Origin: Felis catus
Taxonomy: Eukaryota
DNA length: 64,000 nt
Assembly (NCBI RefSeq): GCF_018350175.1
Contig: NC_058377.1
Coordinates: 15,934,001-15,998,000 of the forward strand
Direction of reading: 5' to 3'
The notes beneath the pieces are model-generated. The model worked only from the letters and a program-made list of their open reading frames with translations, was not told the DNA's origin and did no database searches. The translations under genes and the position numbers were made by a program. Shown here in pieces: positions 23,426-35,200 of this stretch (within the stretch, counting starts at the first letter, position 1; every line of letters starts with the position of its first letter).

Positions 23426-25859
23426 GTGCACGTTCAGAGATAAGAAGGTAACCACGAGAAGAAAACAGTTCACAAAGTTAAAAGTGGTTTTCTCTAGGGA
23501 GAGGAATAGGGCTGAGGCGAGGTGGGGTAGGAGGCTGTCGATATGTGCCCTTCGTTCTTTGTAACATGTGCATGTATTAATTCTGTCATTAAAACCTTTT
23601 TTCACTCCAACTTTTCTTTAAGTTGTTTTTTTTTTTTTCGTTTGTTTGTTTTTAAGTAGGCTCGACACCCAGCATGGAGCCTGGTGCAGGGCCAGAACTC
23701 ACAACCCCAAGATCAAGACCTGAGCTGAGATCAGGAGTCGTTGGCTTAACTGACTGAGCCACCCAGGTGCCCCAAAGATTTTTTTTTAATTTTTTTTAAT
23801 GTTTTTATTTATTTTTGAGAGACAGAGACAGAGTACGAGCGGGACAGGGGCAGAGAGAGAGAAAGGGATACACAGAATCGGAAGTAGGCTCCAGGCTCTG
23901 AGCTGTCAGCACAGAGCCCGACGCGGAGCTCGAACTCACGAACCGCGAGATCATGACCTGAGCCGAAGTTGGACTCATCCAACTGAGCCACCCAGGCGCC
24001 CCAAGATTTTTATTTTTAAGTAATCTCTACACCCAACGTGGGACTCGAACCCACAACCCAGAGATCAAGAGTCGCATGTTCCTTCCACTGACTGAGTCAG
24101 CCGTGCGCCCCGAAACTTTTTTAAAGAAGTTGACACCATCAGGGCGCCTGGATGGCTCAGTCGGTTAAGCCACCGACTCTCTGTTTTGGCTCAGGTCATG
24201 ATGTCACAGCTCGTGAGTTCGATCCCCTGTGTTGGGCTCTGTGCTGACCGTGCAGAGCCTGCTTGGGATTCTCTCTCTCCCTCTCTCTCTGCCCCTTCCC
24301 CACTCGTGCGCTCACTCTCTCTCTCTCTCTCTCAAAATAAATAAATAAGCTTAAAAAAAAAAAAACAGGTTCTAAGAATTTCATACTGTTGCTCTTTGAT
24401 TTAAACCTTTCAATTATTTCCCATTGCACTTAGAATAATCCTTAAGAATTTTTAACATGGTTCCTAAATCCCTCCCCGTGTGGTCCCTGCTGAGTTGTCC
24501 TACCTCATTTCTTGACACCTTCTGACTGTCTCAGTTACCGGCCTTCTGGACTTCTAGTTTCTCACATGGGCGTTTCTTCCTAACCCGAGCTTCAAACATG
24601 CCTGCTCCGTCTGGAATACCTTAACCGTCCTCCCCTCCGCCTGGTTCACTCTTACGGGGCCCATCGGATTTCTGCTTGGATGTCACATCCTCAGGGACAC
24701 CGTCGCTGCCCCCCAAGCTGTATTAGCCTCCCCCCCTCCTTATCATCCCCAGGGCACCTGTATATCCTCTTTCTTAGTATCAGTCTCCCGAAATCGTCCA
24801 CTTAACATCCACAAGGACCGTTAACAGCTGTCATTACCAGGACCCGGCACAAAACTACAGCCTAATAGATATTATATATTTGCAAAGTGAGTTTTGCCAA
24901 CATGTTTTGTAGAGTCCCAGCTCTGTACTCTTCAACAAGTTAGGTAACCCGTCCGAGCCGCGGTGTGCTCAAGTACAAGATGGGGATTAAAGTAATACCT
25001 ACCTTGGAGGGTTGTTTTGGGCATTAAGTGAGATGTGTTGGCAAAGCCCTGAGCACAGTGCCCGGCATAAAATGAGCATTTGATTTATGTAAGCTTAAAA
25101 ATAAAGGCTGTATCAATCTGGCAGCAGCAGATTTTGAGACTCTCACCCTGGACCCTTCCCAACACTGAATGTTGTATTTTTAAATATTTTTGTAGGGGCA
25201 CCAGAGCGGCTCAGTTGGTGAAGCGTCCAACTCTTGATTTCGGCTCAGGTCACGATCTCACAGTGTGTGGGATCGAGCTTCGCGTCAGGCTCCGCGCCGA
25301 CAGTGCGGGGTCTGCTTGGGATTCTCTCTCTTCCTTCTCTCTCTGCCCCTCCCTCTCTCTTTATCTCTCTCAAAATAAATAAATAAACATTTAAAAAAAT
25401 AAAGTATTTTTGTCACTATCATGGGCCAAAAAAGCAAAACAAAACAAACCACCAAAAACGGTTTTAAGCCAATTCGTAGTTCCAAGCCAGGTTTTGTCAA
25501 TAAGACGTCTGCACCTTTGCTGTTGCATGGCAGACACACCATAGAGAAAGCAAGGGGGGCGGCACCTGGCTGGCTGAGAGGGTGGAGCATGCAACTTCTG
25601 ATCTCAGGGTTGTAAGTTCAAGCCCCATGTTGGGGGTAGAGATTACTTTAAATCCTTTTTTTTTTTTTAAGCGCTTTCTTCCTTGTCACAGCTTATTTGG
25701 GGAGAGGGGGCATTTGAGAAGGGGAGTCCCAATGTGGGACAAGGCCCCGGGCAGTTAAATTGTAGGTATTTTTTATTTCACCGCCAGGTTTTGCCAGAGT
25801 GCTCTTGCTTGTGCTATGGGAAGATGAAGATATGGGGCCCATCTCTCCCCAGCCAACCC

Positions 25860-25945
25860 AGGTGGCGGCCTCTGCCTCGAACGTTTCCAAGTGACGTAGA
25901 ACCCCGCAGGCCCAGAGGCCCCTGCACACTTCCTGTGTGGGGTTC
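25860..25945 (+). promoter_or_regulatory. CD3E TATA-less proximal promoter
   Basis: CRE-like TGACGT 25892-25897; ETS ACTTCCTG 25928-25935 abutting RUNX-like TGTGGG 25936-25941; directly upstream of exon 1. Confidence 0.6.
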
Positions 25946-25990
25946 TAACTCGCCTCCCCTCCCAGCCTTGGGTGCCTGCTTCAGAAAATG
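25930..25990 (+). other. CD3E: CD3E exon 1 (5' UTR; start approximate)
   Basis: CCTCCCCTCCCAGCCTTGGGTGCCTGCTTCAGAAAATG|gtgagt donor at 25991; resembles the recalled human CD3E 5' UTR; TSS not determinable. Confidence 0.8.
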
Positions 25991-26102
25991 GTGAGTCTCC
26001 CCCGAACGAGGCCCCCTTTATCATCCCGGCATTGGGAACAATGACCTCAGGGTCCTCACCTGCAGCAGGGGGGTTGAACAAGTCCTCCGGTTTCTTTTTC
26101 AG

Positions 26103-26215
26103 AAGTACTAAGCCACCAGGCTCCACCCTCTTAGGCAGAATTCAGTGTCCATCCGGTGAGAGAATGATGCCATCGGGAAGCCTCTGGAGAGTTCTGGGAC
26201 TCTGTCTCCTGTCAG
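26103..26215 (+). CDS. CD3E: CD3E exon 2 (5' UTR plus signal peptide start)
   Basis: tttttcag|AAGTAC acceptor; ATG at 26164/26167; MPSGSLWRVLGLCLLS; CAG|gtaag donor. Confidence 0.95.
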
Positions 26216-29200
26216 GTAAGTAGGATGAAATGAGAAAGGGTCGTATTTCTCCAGGCTGTGGGAAGGCCCACAGCCTCCCTTGGTGATGCCCAGTGGTACC
26301 AAGGGAGCCTCATTTACCAGAAGGTATAAGGAACTATTTGTGCTATGTTAGGCTAGGGATCCAAGACGGCAGGCTAATAACGAAAGAGATATGGGACGGA
26401 TGCCTGGGCCACCACTCAGGGAACATTGGGGATCGTAGCTATTGAAAACAAAGAAGTCTCTCTGCCTCCAAGGACAGGCTTGTTCGTCAGTGAACTACCC
26501 AGCCTTTAAGAACTAACACAAAAGAGATTAGAAGAGCAGAGAGCTGAACTCGAACCGTTGGGGGGGGGGGAGGGTACAGCAAGGTTGGTCTCTGAGACAA
26601 AACATACCTCATAATTTTCAGCCCTTTTCAGGTGACTAAGAACTTTCGATTAATCTAGTCCTTTTTGAAGCAAGGGAGAATATAGGCAGGTAAACGACCA
26701 AGAGCAATTCCACATCTCATAGGAGATAAGATTTAAAAAAAAAAAAAAAAAGTTGCCATTTATGAAGTGCCAGAGACTGCCTAAAGAAAACTTCTTTACA
26801 TGTATCAACTAATTTAATTCTTAGCTTCATCTTGGAAGGCGAAGGTTACATCCCCTGTTTTGTAGATGAAGAAACTGGTGGGCAGAGATGTTACATGGCT
26901 TTGTTGAAAACCGCACGGCTAGTCAGTGCTAAAGCTGACCCGGGAAGCCAGGACTGTCTGTCTAGAAGGCCTGCGGCCTTCAAGGCTACGCGATGCAAAA
27001 TGGTTCACGACGGCTTTAGTTCAGAGGCCTAGAAAATGCTATCAGAGCTGGGGCTCCTATCTCAGAGCCACAGCCATGGTGTCTCCGCTTCCTGCTTCAC
27101 TGTGAGTTTCTCAGGCTTGAACGCTCACACAGATCACCTGGGATTCTGGAGCTCCTGCTCCAGTAGGACCAGAGTGGGGATCACCATGCTGCCTCTCGAG
27201 GAAGCTCTTGCGTTTAAAAGTCTGCTGCCGGTCCCAGGAACACATTTTGAGTGTCAAGGGGCGGGACGTGACTCCCGCAAGGAGAGGGCAGGCATTTTCT
27301 TCAAGGCTTATAATATAAACGATGCTTTCTGGGGGGGGGGGGGGGGGGGGGGGGATGGAAAGAGAGCGAGATGAAGTATCAAAGTCCCGGGCATCCCTAA
27401 AGATCTGGCATCACGAAAATGTGCCCAGTCGGCTCTGGGTGGGTGGAGGGGTCTCACTCGATGCTATTGGTAAAAAAAAAAAAAAAAAAGGGAGGCCCGG
27501 GTACACGGAGAACTTAAAGACAACACGAGGGAAGCTGGTCATCGTAATGAATCCAGGTTATTGCCGAGTGAGGAGCCCAGTGGAAGGGTGACCAGGCTCT
27601 TCAACACACAGGCTCTAACGGAGGAGTAATTGAAGTTTCAAATATCTCCATCTCTGGCTCGAGCAGAAAACAGATGGAAAAACTGAGCCATCAGACAAGC
27701 GGGAGCCAGAGACGGAACAAGAATCTCAACGTGCGTACCTAAACGAAAGCTTGTTTTTCTTCCACAGTCCGATCTTCAAAAACGGAGGCTAGGCAGCAGA
27801 ATTCGTTTGCTATTTCCCTGGTGGCCTGAAAAGGAGTCTCAACTTTTTCTAACTCTTGGTCAAATATTGAGTGTTCATGTTTAACGCTAGATGCTTCTTC
27901 GCTTTGTTTCATCCCAATGGACCAGGAACTGGACACTGGTCCGTACCCAGCAGTACATGTCACTTACCTGGGGTACAGGTATGACTCTGGTCCAGGGGTG
28001 GTTCCGACATGGCCAAACTAGACCACATTACTCGTTCTGCTTGGAATTTCAGGCACCTGCAACATTGACTAACTCTTTTCTTTTTTTTTTTTCCTTATTT
28101 GTTTTCTAGTTGGCGCTTGGGGGCAGGAAGGTAAGAATATGCTTTCTTTCCTTGTTATGCAATCAGCCCCCGCAGTCTTTGTTTTTGTGAGTGGAGCTTT
28201 TGCTAGACCCCACCCCCACCCCCTCACTTCTCACCCCCCCTCCCCCCCCCACACACAGAGCTTCCACAGAGACCTATTTAAAGGAGGTTTTAGTATCTGG
28301 TCAGTTCAGAGGTAGTTACAGCAAGAGGAAAGGAACAGAGATCCCAGGAAAAATGAGTTTTAGTTATTTTTTTTAAATTTTTTTAACATTTATTTATTTT
28401 TTTAATGTTTATTTATTTTTGAGAGACAGACGGAGAAAGAGACAGAGCACGAGTGGGGGAGGGGCAAAGTGAGGCACAGAATCCAAAGCAGGCTCCAGAT
28501 TTTGAGCTGTCAGCACAGAGCCCCATGTGGGGCTTGAACTCACTCACAAGCTGTGAGATCATGACCTGAGCCGAAGTCGGATGCATAACCAACTGAGCCA
28601 CCCAGGTGCCCCAACATTTATTTATTTTTGAGAGACAGAGAGAGACAGAGACAGAGCACAAGCGGGGGAGGGGCAGAGAGAGAGACACACACGAAGAATC
28701 CAAAGCAGGCTCCAGGCTCCAAGCTGTCAGCACAGAGCCCAACGCAGGGCTCGAACCCACGAACGGTGAGATCATGACCTGAGCTGAAATCAACGTTTTA
28801 ACCGACTGAGCCACCCAGGCGCCCCAATGGTAACTATTTGAAAGAAAAAACTTGCGACTGTTCAGGTTGAAAGTGCTGAAAGTTTTCATTTGTTTGCACT
28901 TCATATTTGGTGTGGGATCTTGTAGAGGATAGGAACGTATACACGGGCATGCGGCAAATAAGCCTCTGGGGCAGCACCTGGGTGCAGGTTTAGAGTCACG
29001 TGTCCAAATGCTCTGAATGTGTGTGTGCATGTGCGTTCCTGTGTGCACACGCGTGTGAGCACGCCTGGCCGGGACTTATTTCCCAGTCACAGCGGTAGAG
29101 TCAGGAATGTCCCAATATCGGAAGCCTTTCTGTTCAATCAGCTCCTCCGAGCTGCATGAAGCAATTTTGTGTTAAATGGTGGCCACTGTGCCCGTCTACA

Positions 29201-32200
29201 TTCCATGACACTGCCTCTTTTGTAATATTTGTAGAACACTGTCTTTCTTTTTTTCCCACGCAGCATGCTTTAATGTTACCTTATTTCTTTTTAATTTTTC
29301 AATGTTTATTTTGGAGACAGAGAAGAGAGACAGACAGCATGAGCAGGGGAGGGGCAGAGAGAGAGGGAGACACAGAATCCAAAGCAGGCTCCAGGCTCTG
29401 AGCTGTCAGCACAGAGCCCGACGCGGGGCTGGAACTCACGAACTGTGAGATCATGACCTGAGATCATGACCTGAGCCAGAGTTAGACGCTTAACGGACTA
29501 AGCCACACAGGCACCCCTAACGTTACCTTATTGACAGATGGAGCATGTCGAAAGCACTGACATGCTTCGGGATAACTAATCTCTTCTGCATGCCATTTAC
29601 AGTTGATTTTTCTTTATCATCGATTTATGTGCAATGCAGAGCTTCATTTTCTTCCCCAGCTTTATTGAGATATAATTGACGTATAACACAATGTAAGTTT
29701 AAGGTGTATGATGTAATGACTTGCTATTGCAAATGACTACTTAGGATCTATTTTTGTAAATCGCCATCAGTTGTTTAATGTAGGAGGTAGGGCCCAAAAC
29801 AACTTTTCCTATACAGCCATGAAGAATTTGGAGATCTGCTGTTCTCTTTCTTTCTTTCTTTCTTTCTTTCAATCTGGAAAATTACATTTTAAACTGAGAA
29901 CAAACTGAGGGTTGATGGGGGGTGGGAGGGAGGAGAGGGTGGGTGATGGGTATTGAGGAGGGCACCTTTTGGGATGAGCACTGGGTGTTGTATGGAAACC
30001 AATTTGTCAATAAATTTCATATATAAAAAAATAAAATAAATTAAAAAATAAAAATAAAAAAATAAAAAAAAGAAAATTACATTTTAATACCATAGAGAAT
30101 ATTTTTTTAATGTTTATTTTTGAGAGAGAGACAGAGACGGAGTGTGAGCGGGGGAAGGGCAGAGAGAGAGGAAGACACAGAATCTGAAGCAGGCTCCAGG
30201 CTCCATGCTGTCAGCACAGAGCCTGACGTGGGGCTCGAACTCACGGAGTGTAGGATCATGACCTGAGCCGAAGTCGGACGCTTAACCGACTGAGCCATTC
30301 AGGTGCTCCAATAGAGAATTTGAAAGATGAATATAAACTTGTCCCTAATCATTTCACCAGTCATCAACATGACTGACCTGTTGATGCAGTCCATGGATGC
30401 ATTTCTTTTTCCTTTTCTTTTTCTTTTCTTTTTGTTTGAGTAGCGTTGACACACAGTGTTACATTAGTACCAGAAGGTCCTAACCCAGGGGAACAGGGTC
30501 TGTTCTTGGTAGCTGATACAAGGGTAGCTAACAATTGCTTATCATTTCCTTTTCAGACAATGAAGACCCTTTAGGTAAGAGGATTTTCACTCTACACGAC
30601 CTCTTTTCAAACGTGAGACAAAAAGGTATTGAGGACAATCATATTAATAATCAGAACTACTAGACGAAAAACAACAATGGTCTACCGGTAGGATCTATCA
30701 GGGATGGGCCTGTGTTTGTTGCTAACTGTCACGGATCCCTGAGCATACATTCTGGGAAGTGTGGATAGAAGCCACTGGGAGTTTCTGTATAAATCACAAA
30801 TTCATTTTTTTATATTTTTTTAATGTTTATTTCTTTTTTAAACGTGGTAATTTATTTTATGTGGTTGTTTAGATCCATTGCTTAAAAATGTTCAAAAGGC
30901 GGGCGCCTGGGTGGCGCAGTCGGTTAAGGATCCGACTTCAGCCAGGTCACGATCTCGCGGTCCGTGAGTTCGAGCCCCACATCGGGCTCTGGGCTGATGG
31001 CTCAGAGCCTGGAGCCTGTTTCCGATTCTGTGTCTCCCTCTCTCTCCGCCCCTCCCCCGTTCATGCTCTGTCTCTCTCTGTCCCCAAAAAATAAATAAAC
31101 GTTGAAAAAAAAATATTAAAAAAAATGTTCAAAAGGCATTTTAATTTTTTTTAATGTTTATTAATTTTTGAGAGAGAGAGGGAGAGAGAGTGAACAGGGG
31201 AAAAGCAGAGAGAGAGGGAGACAGAATCCAAAGCAGGCTCCAGGCTCGGAGCTGTCAGCACAGAGCCCCACGCGGGGCCCGAACCCACGGACCGTGAGAT
31301 CCTGACCTGAGCCGAAGTCGGACGTTTCACCGACTGAGCCCCCCAGGCGCCCCTCAAAAGTCCCGTCAAATTAAAAAAAAATTCTTTTTTAATTAAAAAA
31401 AATTTAAAAATACATTTTTCTGACCTGTTGGTGGATAAGATCCCTTAAAATAGGCAAGCCAGCACACATTTATAAACCATTCATGATACTATCACCTTAC
31501 ATAATTTTTAAATTCCAAGACACAAATATTCACTGTATAACATATTGCTGAGCAGTAAGATTAGTTTCCCTCTAATATATATACTTTGTGTGGATTATTA
31601 ATTTGTAGGGCCCTGCAAAGTTATTTAAAGTGAACCAATAAAAACTACAAACTAGAGAGGTAAAAGGAGTTGAAATAGAACACTATTCACCTCTGAAACT
31701 AGTTTTAGAGTTGGTTTCTCCAGAGAGAATTTGTAAAATTTCTTACGCTAGTCTGCATTAAATTTTCTATTTCAACTCCGATGTATAAACATATGTCCTA
31801 TTTTTAAATCAGTAGAGGTTACACTTAGCATAAAATAAGCCACAGGTTGTCCCCCAGATTTCTTAAGAATGTTTCTGTCAGGCCCACGATAAATAAGAGA
31901 AATGAGGCTCGGTGTTTTTGGTTTTGGTTTTGGTTTTGGTTTTGGTTTGGTTTTGGGAAAAGAGGGTAGAAGGAATGGAATCCAAATACCTTTATTTAAT
32001 CATTGTGTACCTAGGGGCTCCCGGGTGGTTCAGTCAGTTAAGCGTCCGACTTCGGCTCAGGTCATGATCTCATGGGTCGTGGGTTTGAGCCCCGCATCGT
32101 GCTGACAGCTGAGAGCCTAGAGCCTGCTTCAGATTCTGTGTCTCCCTCTCTCTCTGCCCCTCCCCCTCTCATGCTCTGTCTCTGTCTCTCTCTCAAAAAT

Positions 32201-35200
32201 AAACAAACATTAAAAAAAATGTGTATCTAGAATTAGTTTAGAACTGTAGACTTTTAAGTAGGGCAGATACCCTGAGAGCCAGCAGATAATGTCCATTTAT
32301 TTTTGAGAGAGAGAGAGAAAGACGGAGCACGAGGCAGGGAGGGGCAGAGAGGGAATCACAGATTCCGAAGCAGGCTCCAGGCTCCGAGCTGCCAGCACAG
32401 AGCCCGACATAGGGCTCGAACTCAAGAACCGTGAGATCATGCCCTGAGCCGAAGTCAGGTGCTTAACCGACTGAGCCACCCAGGCGCCCCTTTACATTTC
32501 TTTTTCAAACAAACACCAAGCAGAGTGAAATGTCTATTTCCTTTTAAATTATTTTACTTATGATTTCTAGTTTATATAACATTTCTAAGAAATAGTATTG
32601 AAAAATTATTTCTAAGTCCAAATAGTATCAACTGTCTACGTCATTATACTCAAATCCCAACTATTAGCAGCTAGACAAATTTGGAGAATGACTTGTTTAC
32701 ATCCCACACGATCTCAGCCGGAGAGCTGCCTGAGCAACTGGGTCAGAACTCAGTTCTGTTCTCCATTGTAGCAGGACCCCAAGAAGGAAAGGAAGAAAGT
32801 AATTAACATTTTTCTTAAGCATCTGCTATGTGCCATTCATTTTCACCCTCATAATCCATTAGCTACTCACAAATACCCTGTGAGGTTGGTGTTTCATCTC
32901 CATTTCACAGATGAATACACTGAGGCTCAGAGAAGTTCAATGACTTGCCCTGGGTCACACAGCCTAAAGCAGATCTGAGATTCAAACACGGGGCTTCTGA
33001 TTCAGTCCAACGCCCTGTCCCTAACAGCCTACTATAGCAGAAAGCCCCCAACAGAGAAAAAGCGGTCTCTGAGCACCTCTCCTCTCTTCCAGCTGCCACA
33101 TCCAGGCTTCAGCATAACCTAGTGCCGCCCTGTGTCCCGGCCACAAACCTTCCAGAAAACAAAGAGGCGCCCCAGCCCCATCTCCCAGGACAACATGGCC
33201 TGCTGTGGGGAATGTGCCTGGGCCCCAAATTATATATACTAGCGGCTCTTCGTTGTTCACACCAATACTGCCTCCCTCTAACAAAAATAATTGAGACTTG
33301 ATTATACTCAGGAGATAGTTGAAAATAAAGCCACCTTTTACGGGAGGAACCATTCCCTTAAAAGGAGTACCGTCCTTTACACAATTTAAAAGCAATAACA
33401 GGGAAGTGGTAGAGAATAAGAAGGCTGTTTGATCTCCTGTGAGGGATTCTGTTCATCATAAGAGAGAACTTCTGAATGATGAAAAATAGGTAAGCCCAAG
33501 GATCAGTGGCTCAGAGATCTCCTGACGACGAGTGAAGGTCTTTATCTCTGAGAAGACCCTTTCGTGTCTAACCAGAATATGGTTCACGCCAATGAAGGAG
33601 AATGAGCTTGAAGACTGAGAATTTTTCACCTTTAGGGTTTTAAGACTTCCCGCCCTCCCATGGATCTGGATTTAGAAACGCGTGCCGGTATAACCTCCAT
33701 CTGATGCATCCGAGCTACGTCTAGGAGCATACTTGGTGCGCTGAGTACATAACTTACCTTCCAGGCTTGGGGCTCACTAAAGGATGGGCCTTCTTTGGCG
33801 GTTCTGGAGGGATAGTATCTAGCCCCACGTGAAAATCTGTGTCTACAACTGAAACTTAAGCCAAGGTTATTGTCTTACTGTGCTTTCTTTTTCTCATGTT
33901 CTGGTGAAGAGCCATCTCCACAGACATCTGCCTCCGCACGTAAGTTCAGCTGTCTTTCATGGGTGCCCTCAGGATGCCGGTGGGTGGCTAGAGGAGAAGG
34001 AATTGGTCGGGAGAGATTAACCCCAAGAGCTCAGGTCCTTCCAGTATCACATTTCCAACTCCCGTTTTGGAAATATTCCCAAAGGGACTTTTTTCTAGAC
34101 TTTCCTTTACTTCCATCCTCCCCTTTTCTGTCTCTCTCTCTCTCTCTCCCAAAAATAAATAAACACTAAAAAAACTACAAAAAAAAAAAAAAAAAGGTTG
34201 CCCAGTTCCCCTTTGCCTTCGGATTCCCTCTTTCACGCCCTGTAGCCAGCAGGCTTCCCCTTTGACAAGAAAACCCAAGGCCTGGGTGACAGATGACCTT
34301 CTGCATCTGGTTGGTTCTTTGTGACTAATTTGCCTTTGTCAAAATCTTACTGGTTCCTCCCTCCAATTTCCCTTCCCTCCTCTCCCATTTCCCAGGGTAC
34401 AAAGTCTCCATTTCTGGAACCACGGTGGTGCTGACATGCCCTGAGGATTTGGGAAGTGAATCCATAAAATGGGAAAGAAACGGTGACCTCTTGCCCAATG
34501 AATATGGAGAACAGCTATTTCTGGATGATTTTTCAGAAATGGAAAACAGTGGTTATTATGCCTGCTATACAAGCAACTCACTAGAGAAGAACTATCTCTA
34601 CCTGAAAGCAAGAGGTAATATGGGACCATTAGAAAGGACCACTTCAAGAGGGTGTTCTCAATTATTTCCCCTAACTCAACTCACAGGCCCCTGGCATCTT
34701 TGTGTTTCTCTTACCCTCAATCTGAGACTCTTAGGGGCCACACAGTGTCAGCGTTTTCTGAAATCTAGATTAAACACCAAAGTGGGGTCACCTGGGTGAA
34801 CCCAGCATTAGATCTGAAACAACAACTTCCCAAGAGACAGGATTGCATCGTTTGCATTCTGTTGAATCCAGAATTGTGGCTCATAGATATGGGTTCGGCT
34901 GATGCTTTATCCAGAGATAAATTCTTCAGAAAGATTCGCAAAGCTGCTACAAAAAAGTGTCGGGGCACTTGGGTGGCTCAGTCGGTTAAGCGCCCGATTC
35001 TTGGTTTCGGCTCGTGGCATGATCTCATGGTTTGTGAGATCGAGCCCCAAGTCAGGATCTGCACTGACAGCTCAGAGCCTGCTTGGGATTCTCTCTCTCT
35101 CTCCCTCTCTCTCTTTCTCGGCCCCTCCCCCACTCGTGCTCCCTCTCTCTCTCTCTCTCTTTCTTAAAAATAAGTAAACACTTGGGCGCCTGGGTGGCTC

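Noticed and set aside
28413-29048. 211-aa minus-strand ORF in CD3E intron 3
   Set aside because: Mostly two tandem SINEs read through in frame
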